Source of the DNA: Candidatus Binatia bacterium
GTDB taxonomy: Bacteria; Desulfobacterota; Binatia; UBA9968; CAXXLF01
Length of the DNA stretch: 64,000 nucleotides
NCBI GenBank assembly: GCA_963664015.2
Contig: CAXXLF010000002.1
Location: forward strand, 1,248,001-1,312,000
Direction: 5' to 3'
Position numbers and translations under genes: made by a program. Below, one piece after another: positions 48,510-58,512 of the stretch. The notes below the pieces were generated by a model, which was not told where the DNA came from, ran no database searches, and saw nothing but the letters and a program-made list of their open reading frames with translations. Each line of letters starts with the position of its first letter. Position 1 is the first letter of the stretch.

Positions 48510-49655
48510 TCACCGGTCCAGGGCTTCCATGAGAACTTCCTGGGCCGCTCCTACCCCCTGGCCTAGCTTTACTTTGTGACCGAATTTTTTCAATGCCATT
48601 TCAAACGCACCGATGGCCATCAGGACATCAAAGCTCCCCATATACCCCAGATGGGCAATCCGGAGGATCTTTCCCACCAGGTGGTCCTGCCCGCCGGCAA
48701 AGGCGACCCCCATGTCATGTAAAAGATAATCGAACAGTTTGACGCCATCGATTCCTTCAGGGACATAGATTCCAGTAACGGCCGGACTTGGATGTTCCGG
48801 TGCTAGCAGCTTAAGACCTAAAGCCCCCGCCGCGGCTCGCGTGGCCCGAGCCAATCGGTCATGGCGCTTGTAGATCTGCTCCAGGCCCTCCTCCTCAATG
48901 AGTTTCAGTGCCGCTCGAAGGCCAAGGATGAGGGAAATAGCGGGTGTGAACGCAGTCTCTCCCTTGTTCTGGCTCTTACGCTCCAACCGCAGGTCAAAAT
49001 AGTACCGGGGCGACTTTGCCGTCTCTGCTCTCTCCCACGCACGGTCGTTCAAGGAGATGAAACCCAGCCCCGGCGGAAGCATCAGGGCCTTCTGGGCACC
49101 GGTCATTAAAACGTCGATACCCCAATCGTCTTGCGGAAGAGGCAGGACACCGACCGCCGTGATTCCGTCCACGACCAGAAGGGGCCCATTACGCGTAAGT
49201 TGAGCGATCTCATGCACTGGATGTAAGACAGTCGTTGAGGTCTCACTGGCCTGGATCAAGAGGGCCTTGGCGTCTGGATGGACTTTTAAGGATTTGGCAA
49301 TCACTTCGACCTCGACCGCCTTGCCCCATTCCACTTTGATCTCTACGGCTTGGATGCCATAGGACTTACAGATCTTGAGCCACCGTTCACCGAATTTACC
49401 ACCGTTGACGACCAGGGCCTTCTCGCCTGGAGAAAGCAGGTTGGACACCGCAGCCTCCATGGCCCCAGTCCCGGAAGAAGCTAGCATAAGAACATCGCTC
49501 TTCGTGCCGAATAGGCGCTGCAGACCGCTGCGCACCTCGTTGAAGGCCTTGTTAAACGGGGCCGTCCTATGATGAACGATCGGTAAGGACATGGCCGCAG
49601 TGACTTCACTCGGGATGGGGGTCGGTCCGGGGGTAAATAGGTACTGTTTGATCAT
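48510..49655 (-). CDS. Class V PLP aminotransferase (AGAT/serine-pyruvate type; probable SerC substitute)
   Basis: TPGPT, SSGTGAMEA, ETSTT, GAQKALMLPPG; directly upstream of serA. Confidence 0.9.
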   Translation of the reverse strand: MIKQYLFTPGPTPIPSEVTAAMSLPIVHHRTAPFNKAFNEVRSGLQRLFGTKSDVLMLASSGTGAMEAAVSNLLSPGEKALVVNGGKFGERWLKICKSYGIQAVEIKVEWGKAVEVEVIAKSLKVHPDAKALLIQASETSTTVLHPVHEIAQLTRNGPLLVVDGITAVGVLPLPQDDWGIDVLMTGAQKALMLPPGLGFISLNDRAWERAETAKSPRYYFDLRLERKSQNKGETAFTPAISLILGLRAALKLIEEEGLEQIYKRHDRLARATRAAAGALGLKLLAPEHPSPAVTGIYVPEGIDGVKLFDYLLHDMGVAFAGGQDHLVGKILRIAHLGYMGSFDVLMAIGAFEMALKKFGHKVKLGQGVGAAQEVLMEALDR

Positions 49656-49665
49656 ATTTCCCAAT

Positions 49666-49697
49666 AAAAAAGCCTGAACCTCTTAAGAGACCCAGGC
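49666..49697 (-). terminator. Intrinsic terminator of the ZTP riboswitch expression platform
   Basis: GCCTGGGTCTC-TTAA-GAGGTTCAGGC-TTTTTT on the minus strand, overlapping the aptamer 3' end. Confidence 0.8.
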
Positions 49698-49771
49698 GTT
49701 CGGTCTTCTCGATGCTTAGCGCTCCTCCGTGGTTCATTCCACAAATAATTAGACGCCAGTCGCGCAAAAGC
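49689..49771 (-). promoter_or_regulatory. ZMP/ZTP (pfl) riboswitch
   Basis: Minus strand: GCGCGACTGGCG...GTGGAATGAACCACGGAGGAGCGC...GACCGAACGCCTGGGTC, matching the GACUGGCG, GUGG..CCAC..GGAGC and CGCCUGGG elements. Confidence 0.88.
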
Positions 49772-49946
49772 CACCAAATGTCAGTTTTTTCCTATCCCAG
49801 AAGGTCCCCTTTGTCAACTCTCCTCTGAAAAAGGGCATCGGTCCCCAATACCAAGACGCTCCTCGGGAGACAATTCCTATACCACACACACACCTTGCCC
49901 CAATTGAGGAAAATTAGTAGGTTTAGGTGGCGATTGGACAACTCCT

Positions 49947-51956
49947 TTGGAACGAAAATACATTCTAAAACGAACCACGGACAGTCCCGTTCACAGTCTC
50001 TCTGGTATCGACTATCAAAAAGAACTGAACGAAGGGCAGTATTCGGCCGTAACAGCCACCGATGGCCCCCTGCTGGTCATTGCCGGTGCGGGAACGGGGA
50101 AGACGCGCACCCTCGTCTACCGGGTCGCCCATCTGGTGGACCAGCGGCTGGACCCGGCCTCCATCCTCCTTCTAACCTTCACACGGCGGGCCGCCGAGGA
50201 GATGCTGAGACGGGCCAGCCTCCTGATCGATACCCGATGTGAAAAGGTGGCCGGTGGCACTTTCCACTCTTTCGCCAATACGATGCTGCGACAATTCGGC
50301 TCAAAGATGGGTCTATCCCCTTCCTTCACTATCATGGACCGGTCCGACAGCCAGGACCTGATCCAATTAATACGCTCCGATATGGGGCTCAATACAAAGG
50401 AAAAACGCTTTCCCCGGAAGCAAACGGTGGCGGAGATCCACAGCATGGCAGTCAATAAGCAATTGCCCATGGCCGACCTCATCGAACGGGACTATCCTCA
50501 CCTCTACGACTCTAAAGATGATATTTTGAACCTGTGCGAACGATACGGGAAGTACAAACGAGATAGGGTCTTGATGGACTACGATGACCTCCTCACTCAA
50601 CTCAGGGACCTTCTCCAAGAGCATGAAGAGGTACGCCTTTGTCTTTCCGACCGCTACCGCTACATCCTGGTCGACGAGTATCAGGACACCAATCGACTGC
50701 AATCACAGATTGTTCGCCTGCTGGCGGCCACCCACGATAACGTCATGGTCGTGGGAGACGACGCTCAGAGCATCTACTCCTTCCGGGGCGCGGATTTTCG
50801 CAATATCATGGATTTCCCCCGCGACTTTCCAGGGACCAAGATTGTCTATCTGGAAGAGAACTACCGCAGTACCCAGCCAATTCTCACGTTCACCAACGAG
50901 ATCATACAGCGGGCAAAGGAACGGTACGATAAAAAACTCTTTACCAACAAAGAAAAAGGCACTACACCGCTGCTGGTTCGGGCAGAGAACGAACCCATGC
51001 AGTCTCGCTTCGTATGCCAGAAGGTTCTGGAATTACGGGAGGAGGGGGTTCCCCTGTGGGACATTGCGGTCCTCTTTCGTTCCGGCTTTCACTCTTTCGA
51101 TCTGGAGATGGAGTTAACGCGTCACAACATCCCGTTCGTCAAGCGCGGAGGATTCCAATTTATGGAGAGCGCCCATATCAAGGACCTACTGGCCCATCTT
51201 CGCATAGCCGCCAACCCTCAGGACACGGTCTCATGGAACCGGATCTTGTCGCTGCTCGAGGGAGTGGGCCCACAGCTGAGTCAGAAAGTGATCCATTGGG
51301 TACTCGAAAGCGGCATGCCATGGGAACGGCTTCGAAGTTATAACGCCAAGGGCAAGATCGCCGTTGCCTTGAAAACCCTCGCCCAGGTGATCGAGGCCTG
51401 TGACCAGTGGACCCGCCCCACCCAGCAAACCCAGTATCTCATGCAGTACTATCTGCCCATCCTCAAGCGAAAGTACCCCGACGATCATCCTAAACGAACC
51501 CGGGATCTGGAACACTTCCTGGGCATGACAGAGCGTTACCAGAGCCTTGATTGGCTCCTCAGCGACATGGCCCTGGAGCCTCCGAGCGACAACGCCGCCG
51601 GGACGCAGGAGGTGGATCCCGACGAGGGGCCGCTGGTGCTCTCGACCATACATTCGGCCAAAGGCCTGGAGTGGCACTCGGTTTTTATTCTATGGGTCCT
51701 GGAGGGAAGATTCCCCTCCTATTACAACATCCAGACCGAAGAGGAACTGGAAGAGGAACGCAGGCTTCTCTATGTAGCGGCCACCCGGGCTAAAGAAAAT
51801 CTCTTTATCACCTATCCCATTAAGGTCTTTGACCGTTCCCTTTCCGCGGTCCTTTCCCGGCCTTCCCAATTCATCGAGGGCATCTCAGCAGAGCTCCTAG
51901 AGCCGGTGTCCTTGGTGGAAGAAAATGAAGAGAATGAGGACTGGGAATTCAATTGA
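49947..51956 (+). CDS. UvrD/Rep-family ATP-dependent helicase
   Basis: AGAGTGKT, VDEYQD, GDDAQSIY, NYRS, TIHSAKGLEW, YVAATRA. Confidence 0.94.
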   Translation: MERKYILKRTTDSPVHSLSGIDYQKELNEGQYSAVTATDGPLLVIAGAGTGKTRTLVYRVAHLVDQRLDPASILLLTFTRRAAEEMLRRASLLIDTRCEKVAGGTFHSFANTMLRQFGSKMGLSPSFTIMDRSDSQDLIQLIRSDMGLNTKEKRFPRKQTVAEIHSMAVNKQLPMADLIERDYPHLYDSKDDILNLCERYGKYKRDRVLMDYDDLLTQLRDLLQEHEEVRLCLSDRYRYILVDEYQDTNRLQSQIVRLLAATHDNVMVVGDDAQSIYSFRGADFRNIMDFPRDFPGTKIVYLEENYRSTQPILTFTNEIIQRAKERYDKKLFTNKEKGTTPLLVRAENEPMQSRFVCQKVLELREEGVPLWDIAVLFRSGFHSFDLEMELTRHNIPFVKRGGFQFMESAHIKDLLAHLRIAANPQDTVSWNRILSLLEGVGPQLSQKVIHWVLESGMPWERLRSYNAKGKIAVALKTLAQVIEACDQWTRPTQQTQYLMQYYLPILKRKYPDDHPKRTRDLEHFLGMTERYQSLDWLLSDMALEPPSDNAAGTQEVDPDEGPLVLSTIHSAKGLEWHSVFILWVLEGRFPSYYNIQTEEELEEERRLLYVAATRAKENLFITYPIKVFDRSLSAVLSRPSQFIEGISAELLEPVSLVEENEENEDWEFN

Positions 51957-51987
51957 TTGTTAGATCATGCGCGAGGAAAACCAACTC

Positions 51988-53496
51988 ATGAATACCCTGT
52001 TGCTCTACTTTATCGTGTTTATCAGCGGAGGGGTCCTCATGAGCCTCGAGATCGCGGGGAGCCGGATCCTGGCACCGTACTTCGGCAACTCCATCTTCGT
52101 CTGGGGGAGCCTGATTTCCGTAGTCCTGACCGCGCTGAGCTTGGGCTACTACTGGGGTGGAAAGTTGTCGCCCCGTAATCCTACTTTGCTCGGGTTGCTC
52201 ATTCTGCTCCTGATCCCGGGACTTTTCATTTCCCTGCTCCCCTTTGTTTATCCCCAGGTCAATCTCTGGATCGCCGGCGCAGACTTCGGCAACCGAATGA
52301 ACCCTCTCATTGCCAGCGCTCTTTTTTTTCTCCCTCCCGGCATCTTTCTGGGAACCGTATCACCATACGCCGTTCGCCTCCGTGCAACGACCCAAAATAC
52401 GGTCAGCAACACGGCGGGGACCCTCTATGCCTTGTCGACCTGCGGCAGCATTTTTGGGACGCTCGTCACGGCCTTCTACCTGATCCCCATCCTGGGAGTC
52501 AGCGGAATCGTCCATTCCCTTGGCATTGCCCTGATGTTGCTTTGTTTGCTAACGTGGGTCTTGACTACTTTACAGCGCTCTCAACGGTCCGCCGCTTTCG
52601 TCTGGTTGACACTCATGTCAGGATTTCTACTTTCCACGGGCTTGGCCAGGGCCAAGAGTCTGTACACCAAGGACTCTTTTTATCATCGGATCCGGGTCGA
52701 GCAGGACAAAGAGGCCCGCTACCTCTATTTCGATCGCACGCTGCAAAGCGCCATGACCCTGGCCGAACCAACCGAATTGCGCCTCGTCTATCCGCGCTAC
52801 ACATCCCTCGGCCTGACCTTGAAAACTGACCCCAAATCCGCACTGATGATTGGCCTGGGCAGCGGATCCATCGTCACAAAATACCGCAAAGAGTTCCCCA
52901 AGTTGGAATTCGACGTCGCGGAAATCGATCCGGAGGTTGTCGCGGTAGCAAAAAAGTATTTTAACTTTCAAGAGGGGGAGAACATCCGTGTATATACTCA
53001 GGATGGCCGCCTCTTCCTGACACGAACCAAGCAGAGCTATGATATCGTTCTATTGGACGCTTACTACGCGGATACCATTCCCTTTCATCTCACCACACGG
53101 GAGTTTTTTCAGACGGTCAACGATAAGCTCACCCCCGATGGCGTAGCCGTGATCAACTTGGTCGGATCGATAGAGGGTCCCAAAAGCAAGATCATCCGGT
53201 CGTTTATTAAAACCTTGCGGCAGATCTATCCCCAGATCTATCTCTTTCCAACCCTGGGGGCCGACGAACACAGCGTTACGACCTCCCAAAACATTATCGT
53301 CCTGGCCAGCAAGGATCCAAAGAGGTTGGAGATCGGGGAAATCGTCAAACGGGCGGCTTCCCTGGGGCGGACCCTCTTCCCCGTACCCCTTTCCAACATC
53401 AATGATGCTTATTATGATCAACCGATGCGTGACGACGACGTTCCCTTGCTCACCGACGACAACGCTCCCACGGACAGCCTGTTGCAAAATTATTAG
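51988..53496 (+). CDS. Fused membrane domain/spermidine synthase-like protein
   Basis: LEIAGSRILAPYFG N-terminal TMs; MIGLGSG, EIDP, DGR, LDAY, LTDDNAP. Confidence 0.88.
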   Translation: MNTLLLYFIVFISGGVLMSLEIAGSRILAPYFGNSIFVWGSLISVVLTALSLGYYWGGKLSPRNPTLLGLLILLLIPGLFISLLPFVYPQVNLWIAGADFGNRMNPLIASALFFLPPGIFLGTVSPYAVRLRATTQNTVSNTAGTLYALSTCGSIFGTLVTAFYLIPILGVSGIVHSLGIALMLLCLLTWVLTTLQRSQRSAAFVWLTLMSGFLLSTGLARAKSLYTKDSFYHRIRVEQDKEARYLYFDRTLQSAMTLAEPTELRLVYPRYTSLGLTLKTDPKSALMIGLGSGSIVTKYRKEFPKLEFDVAEIDPEVVAVAKKYFNFQEGENIRVYTQDGRLFLTRTKQSYDIVLLDAYYADTIPFHLTTREFFQTVNDKLTPDGVAVINLVGSIEGPKSKIIRSFIKTLRQIYPQIYLFPTLGADEHSVTTSQNIIVLASKDPKRLEIGEIVKRAASLGRTLFPVPLSNINDAYYDQPMRDDDVPLLTDDNAPTDSLLQNY

Positions 53497-53533
53497 CCCA
53501 CTTCGAAAACCATAAGTGTTGAATACACGGATC

Positions 53534-54319
53534 ATGCAGAAAAGCCGATCAGGTCATTTCCGTTGTCGATCCACTGGACGACCGGTTTGGGGTGACCCGA
53601 GGGATCATCAATGGTGGCACCAAGGGACAAGATTGGGGTCGAGGTTGGCCGGATATTTCTTCCCCGTTCTCTTTCGCATCGGGGTAAGCTGCTGCTTCCT
53701 GTTACTGTCCGCCTGTGCTCTGATCGACCCGCCGGACGACCCCGATCTGAGGATCGTGCGCGTGAAAGCCGTGGCAGATACGTCGCTCCGGCAGGAAAAT
53801 CGTCAATGGCAGGCAACACTTGATGAACTCATCAACGCCGCTTCCGATTACTTTGAAGACGAGTTTGGGATCCGCCTGGTCATCACGAGCATGAGACCTT
53901 GGGACCCGGTAAAGAGCAGCCCCTCAACACGAGTGCTGCTAACCCAACTCATGGCAGCCTACCCCCTGAACGGCAGACAGGTCGACGCAGACCTGATCAT
54001 CGCTTTTACCGGATCCAATGTGGACCTATATGGAGTCGGTCTGGCAAGGGCTGATCGCCTTGGCAATTGCAAAGACGGGCTGGGCAATTATATTGTCAGT
54101 TCATCTTCCGAACCGTATCGGTATACAAGCAAGGAGTCTCAATTGGAGTGGGATCCCTTGGCCCTAATCCACGAATTAGGCCATATCTTCGGCGCGACCC
54201 ATACGGATGAACCAGAATCCATCATGCACCGCCAATTTGCCTACCGTAGTCGTTTCGATCTCAAAAACCGTGAAATCATTCTCAGAAACAAGTCCTGCCC
54301 TTTTCGTAAGGGGAGCTGA
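53534..54319 (+). CDS. Zinc metallopeptidase (M12/matrixin-like) lipoprotein
   Basis: HELGHIFGATH...SIM Met-turn; lipobox LLSAC; true start probably downstream of 53534. Confidence 0.75.
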   Translation: MQKSRSGHFRCRSTGRPVWGDPRDHQWWHQGTRLGSRLAGYFFPVLFRIGVSCCFLLLSACALIDPPDDPDLRIVRVKAVADTSLRQENRQWQATLDELINAASDYFEDEFGIRLVITSMRPWDPVKSSPSTRVLLTQLMAAYPLNGRQVDADLIIAFTGSNVDLYGVGLARADRLGNCKDGLGNYIVSSSSEPYRYTSKESQLEWDPLALIHELGHIFGATHTDEPESIMHRQFAYRSRFDLKNREIILRNKSCPFRKGS

Positions 54320-54580
54320 AGAGACAGGGGAAGAGATAGAGACAGGGAGATCGAGGATAGAGGATAGAAAATTGAGAATGGAAAGAGAAGCCTGGCTAAG
54401 GCAGCAAAGTGGAAATCACAAAGAACATCGCGCATAGGGCGGAAGACAGCGATCAGTAGGCAGCCGGCAGCGAAGAGAGTGGGGTGAGGGGGATTATGGC
54501 TTAAGGGCTAGGAATTAAGCCAGTACAGACGACAGAGCTATCGATCCTCGACCTTCATTCTGCTATTCTCGATTCCCGTT
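54320..54580. repeat. Degenerate heptamer arrays in inverted arrangement
   Basis: AGATCGA-GGATAGA-GGATAGA-AAATTGA-GAATGGA near 54350 and complementary CTATCGA-TCCTCGA...TTCTCGA near 54540. Confidence 0.5.
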
Positions 54581-54635
54581 GTTCAGTACTCAGTCCTGAT
54601 GAGGGACCCTGATAGAGACAGAGTAGGTGTTCAGA

Positions 54636-55400
54636 ATGTTAGAAAACATCCGAATCGTACTGGTCCGGCCCAAAGGTTCCGAGAATATCGGCTCCGTCGC
54701 CCGCGCGATGAAAAACATGGGTCTAAGAGACCTGGTTATTGTCGGTAGAGGACGGACCAAGAGTCTCGGGGCCACGGCCATGGCCGTACATGGGAAGGAA
54801 ATCCTGCAGGAAGCCAAACGGTTCAGCTCTCTCCGTAAAGCCGTGGCCGACTGCGGCTGGGTGATCGGGACAACTTGCCGCCACGGCCTGTATCGCAGCC
54901 ACCGCCGTTGGCTGAGAGACATAGCTCCCGAAATTGTCGCCGCAGCTCATGAGCCCTCTCAGACCGTGGCTCTGGTATTTGGACCTGAAGACCATGGGCT
55001 GGACAAACAGGATCTGGGACACTGCCACAGTCTTTTGACTATCCCCTCCCACCCCGATTACCTCTCACTAAATATAGCTCAGGCAGTCATGGTTTGTCTC
55101 TACGAGATCTATCTCGTCTCACTGGAACCGCAGACAAAGGAGGCCCTACAGCGCGCCTCCGCGGAAAACGTAGAGCGGCTTTTTGACCGAATGCGCGACG
55201 CCCTGCTGGCAATCGGGTTCCTAAGCTCGGAAAATCCCGAACACATCATGTTGGCCCTTCGGCGTATCCTCGGGAGAGCTGGACTGGAAGAAAAGGATGT
55301 GCGTATTTTTACCAGCCTGTTCCGCCAGATCCAATGGTTTGGCGAAGTAGGGTGGAAGGTAGCACAGGAGAAGAACAGACAGGGATTAAAAATGCGATGA
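54636..55400 (+). CDS. trmJ: SPOUT RNA methyltransferase (TrmJ/LasT family)
   Basis: NIRIVLVRP, NIGSVARAMKNMG, LVFGPEDHGL, SLNIAQAV. Confidence 0.85.
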   Translation: MLENIRIVLVRPKGSENIGSVARAMKNMGLRDLVIVGRGRTKSLGATAMAVHGKEILQEAKRFSSLRKAVADCGWVIGTTCRHGLYRSHRRWLRDIAPEIVAAAHEPSQTVALVFGPEDHGLDKQDLGHCHSLLTIPSHPDYLSLNIAQAVMVCLYEIYLVSLEPQTKEALQRASAENVERLFDRMRDALLAIGFLSSENPEHIMLALRRILGRAGLEEKDVRIFTSLFRQIQWFGEVGWKVAQEKNRQGLKMR

Positions 55401-55418
55401 GACCAAAGGGAGGAAAGC

Positions 55419-56054
55419 ATGAACGTTAATAGACTGGAGCTGAACAGGACAGCGATGCTATTTTTCGACACCTTGAAAGGCTACTGGTACACGCCCGAGG
55501 GATCGGTCAAGAAGGAAATCCGGCCAATGGTCGACAACGCCGTCCGTCTCATGAAGGAAGGACGTGAAGCCGGTATTCCGATCATTTTCGCCAAGGGCAA
55601 TCACCGCCCCGACGGAGCCACGTCGGCCCTCTTGCTAACCGATACGACCATGGGCAGCCAACCTTGGCCCGGTGGAGAGGTGACAAGATCCATGCCCTAT
55701 ATCAGGGCAGGTCACGACACCTCGGAAGTGGCCGACGAGCTGGACCCTCGCCCCGACGACTACGTCATTCCCAAGTACCGCTGGAGCGCCTTCCATCAAA
55801 CCTACCTGGACCTGGCAATGAGGGCACGGGGCATCGATACGATTATCATTGCCGGTGGATCAACGGAGGTCGGAATTGCCTCGACCGTATACTCAGGAAG
55901 GGACCTGGACTATCATATGATCGTCGTAAGGGATGCCTGCACGACCTCCCACGATCAGAGGGCGCAGGATACCTTGATGGAACTCATATTTCCCCGTATG
56001 TGCCGTGTTCGCACAACCGACCAGGTGCTACAGAGCATACACGGTGCGAAATGA
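55419..56054 (+). CDS. Isochorismatase-family hydrolase
   Basis: TAMLFFD, KYRWSAF, IIAGGSTEVGIAST, VVRDAC. Confidence 0.88.
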   Translation: MNVNRLELNRTAMLFFDTLKGYWYTPEGSVKKEIRPMVDNAVRLMKEGREAGIPIIFAKGNHRPDGATSALLLTDTTMGSQPWPGGEVTRSMPYIRAGHDTSEVADELDPRPDDYVIPKYRWSAFHQTYLDLAMRARGIDTIIIAGGSTEVGIASTVYSGRDLDYHMIVVRDACTTSHDQRAQDTLMELIFPRMCRVRTTDQVLQSIHGAK

Positions 56055-56100
56055 AGCCCCTATAGGCCTAGACCACGGTCTTTTGTGGGAGTGAACTAAA

Positions 56101-57003
56101 TTAACGGTGCCGACGGCTTCGCCGTAGGGGAGCCGGAGATCGTTCTCCACGTGATGCTCTGGTCTCCTCGAGTTCCTCGAGGGTTCGGGGCCAATCCTGC
56201 TTGAGAAGCCGTGACTGGACGCGGCCCGCAAGAAGCCTTCCTCCGGACTGGCAGTTTGAGCAGTAGTTGGTCTCATTGGCTGCATAAACTATCCGCTGTA
56301 CTGGCGCCTTGCAATCCGGGCATGGTTTGCCGTATCGACCGTGTACGGCCATACCCTCCCGGAAGGCGGTGAGCTTCTCAGGGAAACCCTTGGCGACTTG
56401 GTTCCGAAGCCGGTCAGTCCACTCCAGCAGAGACTTTCGGACAGCTTCGTAAAGCGATTCAACTTCCGCATCCACGAGATTCTGAGTCAACCGTACGGGT
56501 GAAAGTCGTACCCAATGGAGAATCTCATCCGAATAGGCGTTGCCGATACCGCTAAGGAGACGAGGATCCGTTAGCGCCCGCTTGAGGGTATGGTGATGCC
56601 GAGTCCGTGCCTGTAGAAAGGTCGCAAGATTTGAATCAAGAACCTCTACTCCGCCTGGATCGTGTTTACATAAAGCGTCCTGACCACGCACGAGATAGAG
56701 AGAGGCCCCTTTACGAGTTCCAGCCTCGGTTAATATCAGGGTTCCCGGCGAAAAGTCGAAGGCCGCGAGACCGAGTCTCCCAGGTATCTTGGCACGCGCG
56801 TCCCTCCAGTGGAGGCGCCCAGCAATCATCAAGTGAAGAACTAAAGAGAGATCTCCCTCGAGGTCGAATACAATTCTCTTTCCTGGCCGGCGAAGATGAG
56901 GACCCTTTTGCCCTCTGCCTCATGAATGGGAGGATCCACCGAGCGGAGCAAGAAGGGACTCGAGGGCTTCGATGTTTACAACCACGTCAGGAAGTTCAGG
57001 CAT
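56101..57003 (-). pseudogene. Fpg/Nei-family DNA glycosylase, frameshifted near the N-terminus
   Basis: ATG at 57003 gives MPELPDVVVNIEALE, then the frame changes to SPFLLRSVDPP...HLMIAGRL; GIGNAYSDE and zinc finger CPDC..CSNCQ downstream. Confidence 0.8.
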
Positions 57004-57379
57004 AGGTATCCCGATCATGGCATCGACGCGAGGTCGGCTCAAGGGCCGGTTCCCGAGCCGATGCTTCCCTCGGTCAGTATCAAAACTCAGCACCTACAAA
57101 CCACCTAGCATGGTCGAGGGGAACCGGCCCCAAAGACAAGGGAGGGGGTCCGATACGGGTGGTTCCGTTTAGATCAACTTAACAAATCAGTCCATTCGGG
57201 CCATCGAGGCACCAGCCTATCGGCGACCGCTGAGGGGACGGCTCCCCGAGACCCAAGCGTTCCTCAGGCAGCGGGCCTTTTTCGCTCCTCGGTGGACGAC
57301 ACTTCAGCTTGGCTAAGCTTTGAATTTTGACCTCTGACGTGGTTGCATTTGGCGTCTGTTTTTTCTACAAGTGTCGGAC

Positions 57380-57727
57380 ATGAAGATCATTCGCCTCTAT
57401 ACTGGGGGAGATGACGAATCCCATTTCGAGGAACTCGAGCTGGAGTTTGAGCCGTTTGATATCCAAGAGATATCATCGGTCCAGGACGTCAGCGGGGTTG
57501 TCTTTCGACGTGCCCCTGCAGGTCATGTACAGGATTGGCACCCCGCGCCGCGGCGCCAGTATGTCATCACATTGGCCGGCGAGGGGGAGATCGAGATCGG
57601 TGACGGTTCAAAAAGGCTCTTTGGCCCAGGCAACATTATGTTGGCGGATGACGTAACGGGCCGCGGCCATATCACGCGCTCAGTCGGATCCCAACCAAGG
57701 CTTTACGCGACCATACCGCTGGGATAG
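57380..57727 (+). CDS. Small cupin-fold protein
   Basis: DWHPAPRRQYVITLAGEGEIE, DDVTGRGH. Confidence 0.85.
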   Translation: MKIIRLYTGGDDESHFEELELEFEPFDIQEISSVQDVSGVVFRRAPAGHVQDWHPAPRRQYVITLAGEGEIEIGDGSKRLFGPGNIMLADDVTGRGHITRSVGSQPRLYATIPLG

Positions 57728-57763
57728 GTAAAGATTGAATGCAAGCCAGAGCTGGGGGATAGG

Positions 57764-58004
57764 ATATCTCGCGCAAAGACGCAAAGGGCGCCAAGTATAT
57801 ATAGATTACAAATTCGAAACTCGAAACAATTTCGAATAACCGAAAAATGCAAAATTAAAGCATCAGCCCGATTGTCCTAAGGGCTTGGATTTTCGTTATT
57901 TCGAGAAGTACTAGAACGTTCTTAATTGTTTTGATCATTAATAATTTGAGATATTGGAATTGTTTAGGATTCCGTGCTTCGGATTTTGAATTTTCACTTG
58001 GGGG
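57764..58004 (-). repeat. Dispersed ~250-bp heptamer-rich hairpin repeat, copy B
   Basis: Reverse complement aligns with 30958-31209. Confidence 0.85.
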
Positions 58005-58072
58005 CATTTTGCCGCGGAAAGCTTTTTTGATGTGCTTCTGTTTAACATTTTAACTTAACAGTAAGAACTTAA

Positions 58073-58420
58073 ATGACAATCGTTAGGACATATACCGGCA
58101 CCGACCAAAAATCCCACTTCGAAGATATCGATGTGGAATTCGGTCCATTCGGCGATACGGAGACTACGCCGCTTCAAGAAGCCATCAATATCGTCTTCCG
58201 CCGCGCCCCCGCCGGCTACTTCCACGAATTTCACGTGGCCCCCAAACGGCAATACGTGATCACCATTGGGGGTCAATGGGAAGTCGAGGTTGGTGATGGC
58301 ACCGTACGTCGTTTTGAGCCTGGTGATATCCTCTTGGCGGAAGACGAAACCGGCCAAGGCCATAGGTCACGAGTCCTGGGTACTGAACCCCGAATCTATG
58401 CCTTTGTCCGTCTAAAGTAA
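58073..58420 (+). CDS. Small cupin-fold protein (paralog of 57380-57727)
   Basis: FHVAPKRQYVITIGG, EDETGQGH. Confidence 0.85.
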   Translation: MTIVRTYTGTDQKSHFEDIDVEFGPFGDTETTPLQEAINIVFRRAPAGYFHEFHVAPKRQYVITIGGQWEVEVGDGTVRRFEPGDILLAEDETGQGHRSRVLGTEPRIYAFVRLK

Positions 58421-58446
58421 GAGGCCAATTTTTGAAGCGGAACGAA

Positions 58447-58473
58447 AAAGCGTCCCCCAACCGGGGACGCTTT
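58447..58473. terminator. Intrinsic terminator hairpin
   Basis: AAAGCGTCCCC-CAACC-GGGGACGCTTT. Confidence 0.7.
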
Positions 58474-58512
58474 GTAACCGAACACCAACCCCCTTATCAT
58501 TGACTACCGGGT

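Noticed and set aside
54596-54620. CTGATGAG as a hammerhead ribozyme
   Set aside because: No GAAA after a closing stem II
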